Shown here piece by piece: positions 1-13,278 of a stretch of DNA of 64,000 nt (the first letter of the stretch is position 1; the number at the start of each line of letters is the position of its first letter). The translations under genes and the position numbers were made by a program. The notes under the pieces were generated by a model. The model saw only the letters and a program-made list of their open reading frames with translations, searched no databases and was not told where the DNA came from. This DNA comes from Lama glama (Eukaryota), in the NCBI GenBank assembly GCA_028534125.1, contig CM052816.1, positions 72,666,001 to 72,730,000 on the forward strand, read 5' to 3'.

Positions 1-59
1 GGGGCTTTTTTTGTGTGTATGTATATCTGTGTTTTTAACTGATATAATCTTACTTCTGC

Positions 60-225
60 ATGAAAGATTTATTGGTACGTTTCTTATAAGGAAGAGATAT
101 TGGTGATAAATTATTTCAGCTTTTGCATGTGTGAAAACCCTTTATTTTTTCTTTGCCTTTACAAGATATTTTAGTGGAATAAAGGACTCTAGGTTGACTG
201 TTTTTCTTTCAGTTAAAAAAAATCA
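60..225 (-). mobile_element. Ancient L1M (ORF1-region) fragment
   Basis: Resembles antisense old-L1 ORF1 consensus (ttggtgataaattatttcagcttttg...gatatttt...ctaggttgactgtttttctttcag). Recognised by eye. Confidence 0.6.
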
Positions 226-559
226 CTCCACTTGAGTTTTGAATTCATTTCAATGCGGTTGTGAATGTTTCAGGGTTCATGGCTTATGAAGTTTTAAGTG
301 GCTAAGTGATTCTCATTGAAAATTAAATTTTTGTATTGCATTAACTTGAAAAAAGGCAAAACATGCCTCAATTGTTTATATAATTGCTTTACTTTTTCCC
401 TCAGTGTGTTGACTCATATCTATTCAGAAACAAAAATGAAGTGAATATTTAGTTAACTAAATTATCTTAGATACCAAAAAAGACCACACACAAAGCAATA
501 AAAACCTAATATAATTGTAACTAACATATTTATGTCATAAAAGAAACTGGAATGCTTTT

Positions 560-1066
560 ATATACATATATTTTTTAAACTGAGTTTACAATGTATCAGT
601 TTCTGGTGTACAGCATAATGCTTCAGTCATACATGAACATGCATATATTCATTTTCATATTCTTTTTCACAATAAGTTACTATAAGATATTGAATATAGG
701 TCCCTGTGCTATATAGTATGAACTTGTTGTTTATCTACTTTATAGATATTAGTTAGTATATGCAAATCTAGAACTCCCAGTTTATCCCTTCCCATCCTCT
801 TCTCCAGTAACCATAAGTTTATTTTCTATGTCTGTGAGTCTGTTTCTGTTCTGTAAATAAGTATGTTTGGCTTTTTTTTTTTAGATTCCATATGTAAGTG
901 ATATCATATGGCATTTTTCTTTCTCGTTCTGGCTTACTTCACTTAGAATGACAATCTCCAGGTCCATCCATGTTACTGCAAATGGCAGTATCTTACTAAT
1001 TTTTATGGCTGAATAGTATTCCATGGTATAAATATTCCACAACTTCTTTACCCAGTCATCTGTCAT
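560..1066 (-). mobile_element. Young L1 3' end (ORF2 C-terminus, 3' UTR, degraded poly-A), cetartiodactyl/camelid-like
   Basis: ORF 881-1066 (TDDWVKKLWNIYTMEYYSAIK...WMDLEIVILSEVSQ) is the canonical L1 ORF2p C-terminus. The 3' UTR follows toward 560, with a T-rich tail on the + strand. Confidence 0.95.
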
Positions 1067-1166
1067 TAATTCAAAAAGTTACATGCACCCTGATGTTCAT
1101 AACATCACTATGAATAGCAACAGCATCACTATTTACAATAGCCAAGACATGGAAACAACCTAAATG
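1067..1166 (+). mobile_element. Inverted 5' segment of the same L1 (twin-priming inversion)
   Basis: The + strand encodes degenerate L1 ORF2 'TCTLMFI...LFTIAKTWKQPK', the motif directly upstream of 'TDDW.KK' in ORF2p. The whole insertion is flanked by the direct repeat TGGAATGCTTTT at 548-559 and 1165-1176. Confidence 0.9.
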
Positions 1167-3410
1167 GAATGCTTTTTAGAAAAGTACCTGCCATTCAGTT
1201 ACCTCCTCTTTTTACAATGGCAAGTTTTCTCTCTATGTATCTAGAATCAAAAGTTGCCTCTGACACAAATGTTTTTTAGACTATTAGAGTTGGCATTGCT
1301 TGGTTTTCAACTATGGGATAGTTTTCAAACTTGTTGTAATAGAAAAACTACTATAAGGAAACTAGCTAATAGGAGGGAAATAGCTCCAAAATACTTGCTT
1401 GAATCGTCCAAAAAAGAAATCTTTTACCAAAACTAAGACGCAAAGAGCACACTAAGCTTAAACGTGAGTGGACAGGGAGCCTGTTTTTACATCATCAATG
1501 TGTAAAAAGTGACAGGTGCCTGGAACATAACAGTCTTTTAATAAAGATGAGATAGTAGAGGAAAATAATCACAGGTGAGTGTGGTGTCTGGGTGGAGGCG
1601 CAACATTTGCTTTCTCATCTTATTGCAGTTGGTGGTTGAACACATGCTACTGATACGAAGTATTAGCACAAAAAGAACTGAAATCAAAGAATCATCCACT
1701 GTAACACTGAAACTTCAGTCAAGGTAGGGTTATTACATACAAAAAGCCTACCTGTGCTGAAAGACAGCCTTTCCACCTTAAGAAAAATTAGTTATGTAAG
1801 AGTATTTTTAAAACTGCATATAGTTGAGATTCTATTTCACTGGACTCATTGCTGTCCCCAGACTAAGTAATATTGGCTGAGAGAGAGACAGAGAGAGAAA
1901 TGATACTGCTCACTATGACTATGCTGTATCTGAAATCTTTTACTGGAATTATCCAGAAATGATGACATTAAATTTTTATTTTTGTATTGTCAGAATAGCT
2001 ATTTAATGATCCATTTCTTCTTTGAATGTGTAGCAACAGTCCAAAAGTGATTTTGGAAAATGAAGGAAAAACTACTCAATGGCAAACGTAAAATTTTATT
2101 GCAGCAATCAAAAGGAAAACCAGAAACCGTTTCTTTTCTTTAAAAAGGCTTAGAGTTGTAGCTTCAAGCAGTAACTAGTTTGTCATACAAGTAGTCATAT
2201 TTTAAAGCCCGTATTAGCAGTGTTTCAGTAGCCGGCTAGGTTTCCTTTTGCCTCCTGCTATCCCTTTGGGCATGGCCATCCATAATTGATTACTACTTTA
2301 ATGTTATGCCTGGGAGTAGAGATTTTGTCGGCAAGGCTTTCCTCTATAAATCGCATACAAGAAGCCATATATCTGTTTTTCTCTCATAACAGATCCAAGT
2401 ATTTAATGCTGTAGTTAGAATCCGTTTTAAATATTCTATATAGAGAGCATAAAATAATTATTATATTAAAAAGCTATCTGGAAGATATGTTGTCACCTAC
2501 TTTCATCCAATATTCATCTGTAAGAAGCTAGATTACATCACGTTTTAAATGCCTTTCCAGGCCAAATTGTCTTGTTCATATTTATCATTGGACAGCATTT
2601 TACTTTTTTTTTTAACCTGCTTTATTCAGAAAAGTGCTGGAAACAAATTGGCAATTATTCTAGCGATTAGAATATCTATGATCCATATCAATCTTAATGT
2701 GTATGCTTGAAAAGATGTCTGAAAACAGAAAGAGAATGGTTGGAAAATTTATTTTTGGCAATACTGAAACAGGAAGTGGATTGAGAGTACATTAGGTGCT
2801 GTGACAGTAGGGATTTGAATTATCATCTATGATATTGTAGGGCCTGGGTCTCTGTCTTCCTAAACTACTAAATGGATAAGAAGCAGGAAACAATCTCCTC
2901 TTACAATGACTTACGAAAAATAATTAGTCGAAATCCATCCAACCAGGTTTTTTGAATTCCACATTTTCTAACTACTTTGACTATTTCTCCCATTGAATTG
3001 GACAGATGTTTGATTGAATTAATTTGTTTGTGTTGCTATTATGTGGGCACAGATTGCCTCTAAACAATAGAAAAAGAAAAGAGCTTAAACACACATCTCC
3101 TTTCACTGATGGTTAATAATAATGGAAATGAAATCTGATCACAAAAATCCAAGCTTTTTTCGTGCTACTGTGCCAAAGCTGTGTGCACGTATATTTGCCA
3201 GAAATTTAATGAACAGTGAGAGAGTGCTTCTCAGACACTTGAATCTGAAGAGAGGATTACAAAGTTATAAATACATGTTCTATCTTAATCACAGTAGAAA
3301 TAAAGAGAAACTCTGGCACTCTTTCCCCCGTCAGCAATCACAAGAGTATTCAATAAGAAGCAGCCAAATTTTAAAAATATTTTAGGTAAATGGAGAGTGA
3401 GGAAAACACA

Positions 3411-3819
3411 TATATTAGTTCACTTGGGCTGCCCTACAAACTACCACGGACTGGGAGGCTTAAACAACAGAACTTTTTTTTTTCACAGTTCTGGAGTCTA
3501 GAAGTCCAAGGTCAAGGTATCAGCAGGTTTGGTCTCTTCTGAGGCTTCTCTCCCTGGCGTGCAGATGGCCACCTTGCTGCTAAGTTTCCTCACCTGTTCC
3601 TCCCTCCGCGTGTGCTTCCCTGACGTCGCTGTGTGTCCAAATTTCCTCTTCTTCTAGAAGGACACCAGTCCTATGAGATTACAGCCCACCCTGATGGCCT
3701 ATTTTTAATTTAATTTAATCTTTTGAAAGACTTTATCTCCAAATACAATTACATTCTGAGATACTGGGGTTTAGGACTTTGACATCTGAATTTGGGGAGG
3801 ACAGAATTCAACTTGTAAT
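3411..3819 (-). mobile_element. MaLR solo LTR (MLT1A/B/C-like)
   Basis: Typical MLT1 motifs: aaactaccacggactgggaggcttaaacaacag, tcacagttctggagtctagaagtccaaggtcaagg, acattctgagatactggggtttaggacttt. Confidence 0.88.
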
Positions 3820-5455
3820 GGGACACCTCCCATTCTTTCTCACTTTCTACATGGAGAATGCAGATGCATTAACAGAATATATATGTAAAATGTTTTTTTC
3901 CCAATTTTAAACAAAAATATTAGGAGTAGTTTTAGAATCCCTAGATATTATGACTGATCAAATAACTGGAACTCTACAGGCAGTTTTAAAGGATTGTGAG
4001 CTCTCTAACAGATATCACGAAATCCATGTGCAGAAGATCATCTGCTTTACTCATAGAAACATATTTTAGGCTCTCACTCAGATCTGATTTATTTTTAATT
4101 TATACATATTTGTAACAGAAACGATAATCTGGTTTCCTGGAATTGTAACATTAGAAAAGGATTAGGATTAGAAGGAAAGTTGATTTTAGTTGTCATCTCT
4201 CAGCTGCTGATTTTATAAGTGAGAAACCCTGGCCCGAAGGTCGGTGGCAGAATCCACACTAAAACCTGCCATACTGGCTGCATATCCAGAGCTCTCAGAG
4301 TTGCTGCTTGCGACTTGAGATCAGATTCCAGCACCTGAGGTTCTGGAAGCTATTCCTTATTGGAAAAGGCTGCTGAGATTACCTACCTATAGTGGAGCAA
4401 AAAACTTCACTAGTTTTTGTTGTTTGTTTCCAAACCATAGGAGGAAAATTTACTCAATAAATCAGATGCCACCGAGATACATGACAAAGGCCAGACATGC
4501 TCACCCACTCACTACCCAAGGTGGTCTAATCAACGTGGGTCCTTCCCTACGGTCTAATTTTCAGAAGCCTTATTCATTTTTAGCACTTTATGATAGTTGG
4601 CCAGAGATGAGAAAGACATAAATAGGAAAAAAAAATCTCTTTTGTCCAACTCTGTACCCATCTCCCATAGCCTTTATGATTTCAGTCTTATTTACTAATA
4701 ACAGGACAGAAGTGAAGTACTTCAACTTCGCTTTTTAGACTTTTCCTGTCTTACTTCCCAGGGTTCTCTTTTCACAGACAAAAATTTGGGCTATTTAAAG
4801 TCTGCTTAAACACCGCTTTTCCAGGAAGTGTTTCCTAACTTCTCTAACCCACAGAGCTCTCTTTTCTGCAATCCAAAGTAATACCCACTGGCTGGAACCC
4901 TCATTGGCATTTATCTTGGGAGGTGTGTGACTTTTTTCTTAAATGTCTTGCAAGCCTCTTGGCAGCGGAAGATCTGTTCAATATCCCTCCGGACTTGCTG
5001 GTTCCCAGGTCAGGAACTGCCAACAAAGTGCATTCTGTCCCCTCCAACTGTTTCCGGTCTGATAGCTTCAAAGTGAGATGCTGTTAAGACCTCTCCTTCC
5101 ATGTGAGCTGGCCTGTAGGTTTCTGGTGGGGTCTCCTGATGGGTGGTATCATTTCTTAGTACAATTTTACATGGAAAAGAATGTTTTCAGGGGCTCTGAA
5201 GTTCTTATAGATACTAAAATATTTCATTACAAATGAGAATTCCAATGATCCTACATTAGTTATTAAATACCAGAAAAGTACTATGATTTGAAGAACATGA
5301 GTAATTTAACACATTTGGATCTAGAGTATATAGATTTCTGGGAAAAGAGGGAGGAGAGAGTAGGAAAAATATTTTTGATTCAGTTAATCAAAAATTTTGC
5401 TTTGAACTCACCTGTTTCTTATTGCTGTTCTACTGATGTTACTGAGAGAAAGACT

Positions 5456-5479
5456 CACACACACACACACACACACACA
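5456..5479. repeat. (CA)12 microsatellite
   Basis: Directly visible. Confidence 0.97.
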
Positions 5480-6789
5480 GAGGAGTAGAGGGAGAGAGAG
5501 AAAAGGAGAGAGAAGGAGTGCACAGTGGGAAATTCTGCTTATAACTGTAACTGTTTATATAGAGCAAATCAAGGTAGTGACTTAATCTGTTCTTGTTATA
5601 AAATGACATGGCCACACATCTAAACAAATTACGGTAACTACCCTTGCTAGTTTGAAGATGCCTCTTGGCTTTATCCTCCTGAAGCCAGGAGGTGGTGAGT
5701 TATGAGCAGGCCTGGACAAATAGTAATGATCTAATTATCATTTCTTATAGGCTCATTATCTCCGTGTGCCCTAAATGAGAGAGAAAAGAAAGTTCCATGT
5801 CATTTCCATGTCCCATGTTTCATCGTCTCATGTTTGTTTTAGTGAAATCGCACAGAAAATAAAAAGGTTTTAAAAAAATAGAAAATAATACTGTGCAACC
5901 TGCCCACAGAGACTACTTAGCCAGTGACACAGCCAGTTACCCTCATGGCAACCATCACCAGAGTCCGAAACATCACAGAAAATTTTTTTCCCAACAGTGA
6001 TAAAAAGCAGCTCACTGACTATGATTTTTAAGAACTATCAGATATTAATACCAAAGGAACATTAAACTGTTCTAAACCCCAAACATGATGTCTTTTGTTG
6101 TCTTTTTTCTTTTTTGATGTAACTTCTGCAGTTTTTATCTGAAGTCCCTTAGAAGGAACTTTCTCTTTTAAGATAAACAAGCAAATCATTAACAGTCAAG
6201 CAGATAAAAGTACTATTTGCTTTGAAGGACATTTTAAGCACCTTTTTGTTATCTAGCTCTTTTTTGTCTCCTTTTAGATAATCTTCTAATTTTATTTTGG
6301 ATGATGCAAAAGTTCCAGAGCTACTCTAATTTAGTTTATCCAGTCAGCAACTTTCTCTTCAGAATATAATTCTAATGCAAATTATGGATTCTTCTCCCTG
6401 AAAAAAAAATGTGCATAACAGAGCATAGAACTGTGCACATAATTTTATGACTCACGGGAGACTTCAACCCCCTCCGGGGGTCCTTGTTTAAAGACTATCA
6501 TGAAGTGGCCATTGACAGGGAGAAAACACAGCTTCACCAGCTGGTCCATGTTCTCATCCCCTGTTCTGAAAAAGCAGCAGCTGGAGTTTTGCTGTTTGCC
6601 ATTCATGTGTTTCATGTCACTCTCCACGTGTACTGCTGACCCATGTATGTTTGTGTACATAAACTATTTATTCCTCGATACTCCAGTTTGTCAGCTTAAT
6701 TTTTCTTCAATGGAGAGTCAAGCTGAATGAGTTATTTATAGATTGCAGTCTTTGTGTTGCCTCTGTGTACAGTTCCTATGATATGGCAA

Positions 6790-6915
6790 TTTAGAATAGC
6801 TAATGATTTTGACCACCTGCGATGAGCAAGGCTCTGTTCATGCACTGCCTTATTTAATCTTCAGTAACCTGAATGAGGCAAATGCCATCATATCCACAAG
6901 ACACTGAGGAACAGA
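6790..6915 (-). mobile_element. MIR fragment
   Basis: atttaatcttcagtaacctgaatgagg...acactgagga resembles antisense MIR core. Confidence 0.5.
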
Positions 6916-7689
6916 ATGTCTTTTGGTTGTTTGGTTATTGTTTGTTTCATATAGAATCAAATAAATACTGTAAAACCATATATCTTAACAAGTATAGAGC
7001 CAAAATAAGATGCTGGACTCAAGAATTTCAAAGTCTATGCTAATTTCTCTAAGTTGTACTTTAAACATATCTCAACTCAGAAGCAGAGTGAAGTAACCAG
7101 GTTTGGGAACACAGTTCCTGGAGGGTTGACTTTCTCCTTGTGCATCACTGGTCCTGGCAGCTTGGATGTTAGAAGGCTTTTGGCTTTTAGCTTTTACAAG
7201 TTTGCATGTACATGCACTTCAATGCCTGTTCATCTCTATTACTTTACAACACAAAATCTCCTTTTCCTCCCTATTGCCTGGCTTATCATTTGCATTTCTC
7301 TCACTAGGTAAATTCATTCCACACTCACCATGTCCCCTATAGAGACTCCCACATATATATCTCACCCCCAGCTCTGCCCTGAACTCCAGTTCCAGATTAC
7401 TCTTAGTTTTAAGTTAGACATAGCACAGACCAGAATTTCCAGATAACTTCCCTTCCCATTTCTAATTCCATTCTCTATACACACACTAATGTAACTTCTG
7501 TCTTTTCAACATTATCCAACTGAGAGAGGGTAGCAGGGGGAGGTTATTTGGGGGTGAGAGAGATGATGAATTTGGTTAATGTAAGGAGACATCTCTAACA
7601 TGCAGCTGGAGTGAAGAGCTCAGTGCTGTATAGACAGAGCTGTAATTTGGAGAAATAGAGAATCTATGTGTGGAACATGTGTCTATATT

Positions 7690-7805
7690 TTATTTCTTCC
7701 TTCTTTTCTTTTTCTTTTTCTTTTCTCTTCTTTCCCTTTTCTTTTCTTCCTTCCTTTCCTTTTATTTCTCTTTCTTTCTTCCTTTCTTCCTTTCTTCCTT
7801 TCTTC

Positions 7806-7886
<81 letters not shown>

Positions 7887-7958
7887 CTTCCTTCCTTCCT
7901 TCCTTTCTTTCTTTTTTTCTTTTTCTCTCTCTCTCTCTCTCTTTCTCTTTCTTTCTCT
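7690..7958. repeat. Compound polypyrimidine STR: (TTTC)n core with (TTCC)n and (CT)n
   Basis: About 270 bp almost purely C/T. Explains the four low-complexity ORFs at 7666-8016. Confidence 0.97.
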
Positions 7959-8874
7959 GGAAGACTCCCTCCCAGTGTTGCTAATGATGAGGTTTAATTG
8001 CTTAAAAGTCAAGTAATGCTACTGCAAGAATTTGCCTTGGCAATTATTTACCTAATGATTTAACTTTTCATTTGAGGAAACTAGGACCCAGAAAAGTTAG
8101 GCAACAACGGTCCACATTTCAAGCTGGGACTATTTTCCAGGGCTTCTCATGTTCAGTAAACGAGTCAGGAATGCCTCGGTGCGCTGGCTCCACTAGAATG
8201 TCTCTTCTCTGTGACTGATTCAGTAAAACTGATACCTCTTCTTTCATCTCAAAGAGAGGATGCCAGAGGCAGCAATTTACCTGAATTTAAAATAACAGAA
8301 TCATTGTATCATGATACCTTGGCCACCTCAAAGCAAAGAAGATGCACCATCATCAAACAGCAGAGGAAATATCTTTTTCCTCTGAGTCTTGGGACTCTGA
8401 GGCACTTGGGGAGAGAGGCATGATAGCACTTTGATTTCACTAAGGGAAACCATTTAGTAAGTTGACACTGAATACTTTCAGAGTTCCCTAAGAAGTCTGC
8501 AAGTGTTAATATACCTCCTAAAATGTCGGCCCAGCCCCAGGGCAGAACAAAGATACTCTCAATTTAGAGAATATTAGGGAACAATAATAACAAATATCAA
8601 TATCCTCTTGTACCCTTTTAGAGAGCCCAGAACACATTTGTTTTGCTTCTCTGAATCTTTGTGTTGGCAGTAGCAAGGTTAAATGAGGTTTCTTGCCTGT
8701 CTGTTAAACATGTGGGTATTCCCATTGGAACTCTGCCTGGGTGTCATAGAGATTTACCAGTTTTACTGTCTTGCTAAATATGGCTGGCTGTCAGGGGTAA
8801 GTAAGGTTACCGTGAGAAAACTGACCTTGTAGTTGCTAATATGAACACAGCACGTTGTGTCCCATGTGTCATAT

Positions 8875-8996
8875 ATGTGAGTGTGTATGAGTGTGTATAT
8901 CTATGTCCTTGTCAATCCGGCTGTCTCTACTGATGTCTCTATGCGTGTGTCTTTCGGCGTGTGTGTGTCTTTTGGCGTGTGTGTGTCTGTGTGTGT
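8875..8996. repeat. Degenerate (TG)n tract with a short internal tandem duplication
   Basis: gtgtgtctttcggcgtgtgtgtgtcttttggcgtgtgtgtgtc. Confidence 0.8.
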
Positions 8997-10616
8997 TTAA
9001 GGGCTAATAAAACCATCATTCTAAAAATAAGAAAAATACTAATAGAATACTAGTTAGAAATTAGAATACTAATAGAAGAAAAATATTTCTTTGATGATCC
9101 AAAGGATTTGAGAGGAAAATCTGTTTTTCAAATTAGTATTCTCTTCTGAAAATTAAACAATGTGATTTTATTAAACAATAGTTTAAAAATAAAAGCATTA
9201 GGGTATTTTAAAACACATTTTATTTTCTTAAAATTTCCAAGATGGAAATAGTTTGACCCATGACTTTTTTTTTTAAGAAGTAACCTGAATTTTCTGACAA
9301 TGCCTTAATGAAGGTATCTAGAGAAAGAAGAAAACAACTTCTCCTTGTTAAACAAGTCTCAATTCTCAGTGATCCTTCTCTGGCACTTACATTGAAGTGG
9401 ACACTACTTAGGGTGGTTTGTAAAGTCTTATTCTATGACATTGTTTATGCAAGTACAGATCCCTCTAAAGCATTAAAATAATTAATTGCTTGCATTTGAA
9501 TAGTTATACTAAAACTATGTAACTACATTTCTTTAAACACATTTATATGTACTGAGTGACATACAAGGAAATAAAAAAAACTAAAAAAATAGTCCATTTC
9601 AGGAAGAGAAAACTTCCTAAGCAAAATCAAACTTTTTGATCTAGAAAATATGATATAATAGAATAAAATTTATTAAAGCCATTGAAATGTGTAAAAAGAA
9701 TACATGGATAATTGAAAACCAACAGCTACTTGAAATCCTCTATTTTTTATTTTTTCTCTAAGATATTTTTGGCTCCTATGAAAAATGAAAGATTAGGCTA
9801 ATATTCTAAGTCACTCAAATAGTGACTTCAACTGATGTTCCATGATCAGTCTTATTGGTGAAATATCTTCAATTATTTACATCTCTAATTAAGGATTCCT
9901 TCCTTCTCCTTTTATTTTCTTTATAAATCCTAAATACTTTAAGATCTTAAATATTTAAAAATATTTGGGTCCTTGTTTCCAATATACTATTTTACTTAAT
10001 ATGACGGGGAATTTGACTAATACATTTCATGGGGATGAACTTTTAAACAAAATAATGTGAAAAAAAGATTAGAAATTGACTATCAATAAACAATTCTGTT
10101 AGTCACAATCTACCTGGAACTATAGAAATTTTAGAACTTGAAAAGGTACACACGTATAATAAATTTTCTTCATTTAAACACGAAAATTGAAGGAGGAAAA
10201 TATTTATAAATGGAATAATTACTGTACCTTTCCAACTGGTGTTTTCTCTCTGATGATTGATATTATTTTCTAAGTAGACTAGGCAGTGTTCACAGTCAAG
10301 GACAAAGTCACTGCAGGGTGTCAAAGATGTGGCCAGTGTACCCATGAACCTGCAAATTTTTAGATCATGGGGCTCCCTGCTTAGACAACTTGTCCAGTGT
10401 CAACTGATTAAAGAAGCTTAACTATTAAGGGATTCCTTTTCCTAATTAACTGTTGACACTTGCAACCATTGGATACATAAGAATTATCAAATAGAATGCC
10501 AGAATCTGTTGAAATATTACTACTGCCCATAAGAAATACATGTTCCCATTCACCTGGAGGTAACAAACCCTCTGAAGCTTATAACTTCCTGTTCTACCAT
10601 CTCTTCCTTGCTAACC

Positions 10617-10976
10617 TAAATAAAGAGGTAAACTGAAGCAAGCTCAAATTAGCAGAAATTGAGTTTATTTGGAAATTGCAAGTCAGGAAATGAATGCTGT
10701 GCAAGCTACAGGCAAATCCGTTGAAGGTTTATTTATGGGTAAGGAGGGCAAAGAGGAGGACGTCCAGCCAGAGTCCAAGCAGTAAATTCACTGGCTTGAG
10801 GATGGGGAGAGATTCTTGGAGGATGTTCATTGGTCAGGAGGTGCTTCTGTCTTCTGTACATCAGACTTTTCTGGGAAATTAATCTCTCAGTTCTTCAGTT
10901 TCGTTCTTCTGAGGGCACAGGCATGAGATTCTCCATTTCATATCCTCCGGCTCCATTTTAGGTTGAAATCCTTTCA
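10617..10976 (-). mobile_element. Probable ERV1-class solo LTR
   Basis: The minus strand starts TGAAAGGATTTCAACCTAAAATGGAG, typical of an ERV1 LTR start. It carries AATAAA near its far end (+ strand tttatt at about 10665) and is more GC-rich than the flanks. Confidence 0.55.
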
Positions 10977-12733
10977 CATCCTCATTCGCTTGGGGATCAC
11001 TGCTTATCATTTTGTCCACAACCGACCAGCATGCAGATGTTCCAGTGTCTGTACCTCTTCCCTGACAGTGACCTCAGCACTGTGTCATCTCTCCACACGC
11101 ATGGCCATTTTATCACCCCACAGCCTTACACCAGCACTGATCCCTACCAACGTCTCCTGCCACACTTGTTTTCATTAACCTTAGTCTTTTCTCTGTTCAA
11201 GACCTGAGACTTGTTATCCTATTTATCCAGCCAGTTTTCCACCACCGTAACATATTTGTTTCTTCCTTACTACTCCAGACCCTACAACTGGTATTTTAAT
11301 TACAGCCTCCTCATCTCCTTAGTCCCAGTGCCCTCTCTTTTTCACATACTCAGCTCAAGCAGTTTCTTAGGCTGAAAACAGCTCCTGAAGCTGATTCTTA
11401 CATTTCTCACAGGTAGTGCTCACACTGGAAGGAGAGGAGTCTGTCTAAGATGAGCCTTCCTATTTGTTCTCTTTTATCTTTTCTAGAACTTTATTCAGCT
11501 CTCTGATTCATAGAAACTCTCCCTCTGAGCTGCTGCTACCTTTACCTCCACACAAGGGTGATTTTTTTTCTGCTTTAAACAAAGCAAACAAAACAACATC
11601 AACAATCCCTTCTCTTTGCACACAAACTGTCCTTCCAGCTGTTGCCATATCTCACTGTTACAACCAAAGTATTTTCATCGACGTGAGATAAGTGAGATAA
11701 ATCATGGCAGAACTCAGGAAGCTCAGCAAATGGTAAACGCTCAGGGTAATGTCACCCCTGGTTTACACCATTTTATTTGTTACTATTAGCAATAATGGAG
11801 AAAAGACGGGTTTTTGGATGCAGAGAGGTATAAAGGCTTAACCTAGCTTCCCAGCCGGTCAGTGAGGTCTTCCTGGAGGGAGTGACCCCTGACTTGAATC
11901 TGTACGGATAAGTCAAAAGATAAAAAGGCTTGGAAAGAGAAGCCTGAGCCTTTTCTTATTATCTTAATGACTGATGGGGGTAGGGGAGGGGGTACTGGTG
12001 CTTAGAGGACTCGGCTGAGTTTCTAGCCATCCTGCAACTTGTCAGGTAATGCTGCGCAACTGAAGACTATTCTGCAGTTAACATGCACGGCAGTTTTCGA
12101 TAAAGGAATTTCTCTGCAGATCAAGAAAAAATGACATAAAATTTTGGTTTGGCACTTTAATCAAGTAGTGTTCAATATCACACAAAACCACTCCCCTACT
12201 CAGTATCTGAGAGGCAACAGATCTGACTCAGTCTGCAGGTACATTCGTGGTGATTCTACCTGTAGGGCAAACATGTAACTACTTCATCCTGTCTTCTGGT
12301 GCAGCCTTGTCTGCACTTAATTATTTCATGATTCTTATTTTCTTGTCATTTATCCTATGTATTACCTATAGAGGATTATATATTTTAAAAATGTATATAT
12401 ATGGGTAGGCTATATACTGGATTCCTTTATTAATTCCTTTAATTAATAAAATGGTGCTAATATTTCCTACAAATAGAGGCATTGATTTTATAGGTTTGAA
12501 AGTCACTGCAGCATATTGAAGATATGATGGGAAGACTGTAGCCAACCTTGGCTATTGATGGCCAGTGGAACTGAAATGTCTTTTTGTTGTTGTTGTTGTA
12601 TTCTGGAATTTATTTTTAAAACAAAATATTCCAAAAGGTTTACTAAGATATTCTGTTTCAAACAGCGAACCATATAAGCTTCGGTGATCAGAAATGCTTA
12701 TTGATTTATTTTCTGATAACTGTGCTAGGCCGG

Positions 12734-13278
12734 TGTATTAGGTTTTTTGTTTTTTGGGTTTTTTTTTGTTTGTTTGTTTGTTTTTGCTTCTGTAACAGAT
12801 TACCACAAATTTAGTGGTTTGTAGGAACGACAGATATTACAGTTCTGTAGGTGGGAAGTCTGGCGTGGTCTCGCTGAGCTGCGTTTCTTTCTGGGGACTC
12901 GAGGGGAGAATTCGTTTCTTTTTCTTCCCTGGTTGCTAGAGGCTGCTTGTTCCTCGTCTTGTGGCTCCTTCGCACCTCCAAAGCCAGCAGTGGAGTTTTG
13001 AGCCCTTCTCAGTTTGACTCACTCTGACCTAACTCCTCAGTCACATCTCTTTCCAATTCTCCTCTTCTTTCTCTTTCTTCAACTTTCAAGGACCCTTGTG
13101 ATTACATTGGGTCTATCTGGATAGTCCAGGATAAAGTGCCTATTTTAAGGTCCATTGATTAACAACCATAATTCCATCTACAAGCTTAATTTTCCTTTAC
13201 CATATAACCTAATATATTCACAGGTCCAGGGATTTGGACATGGAAATCTTTGCAGGGCCATTTTTCAGCCTTCTGCAA
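12734..13278 (-). mobile_element. MaLR solo LTR (MLT1D/E-like)
   Basis: tgtattagg...ctgtaacagattaccacaaatttagtgg...acagttctgtaggtgggaagtc...aaggacccttgtgattacattggg...ttcacaggtccagggatttggacatgg. Confidence 0.88.

Noticed and set aside
881..1066. 61-aa ORF as a host gene
   Set aside because: It is the L1 ORF2p C-terminus of a truncated insertion.
7666..8016. Four overlapping 104-116 aa ORFs (F/L/S-rich or K/E/R-rich)
   Set aside because: They are translations of the (TTTC)n microsatellite, which has no stop codons.
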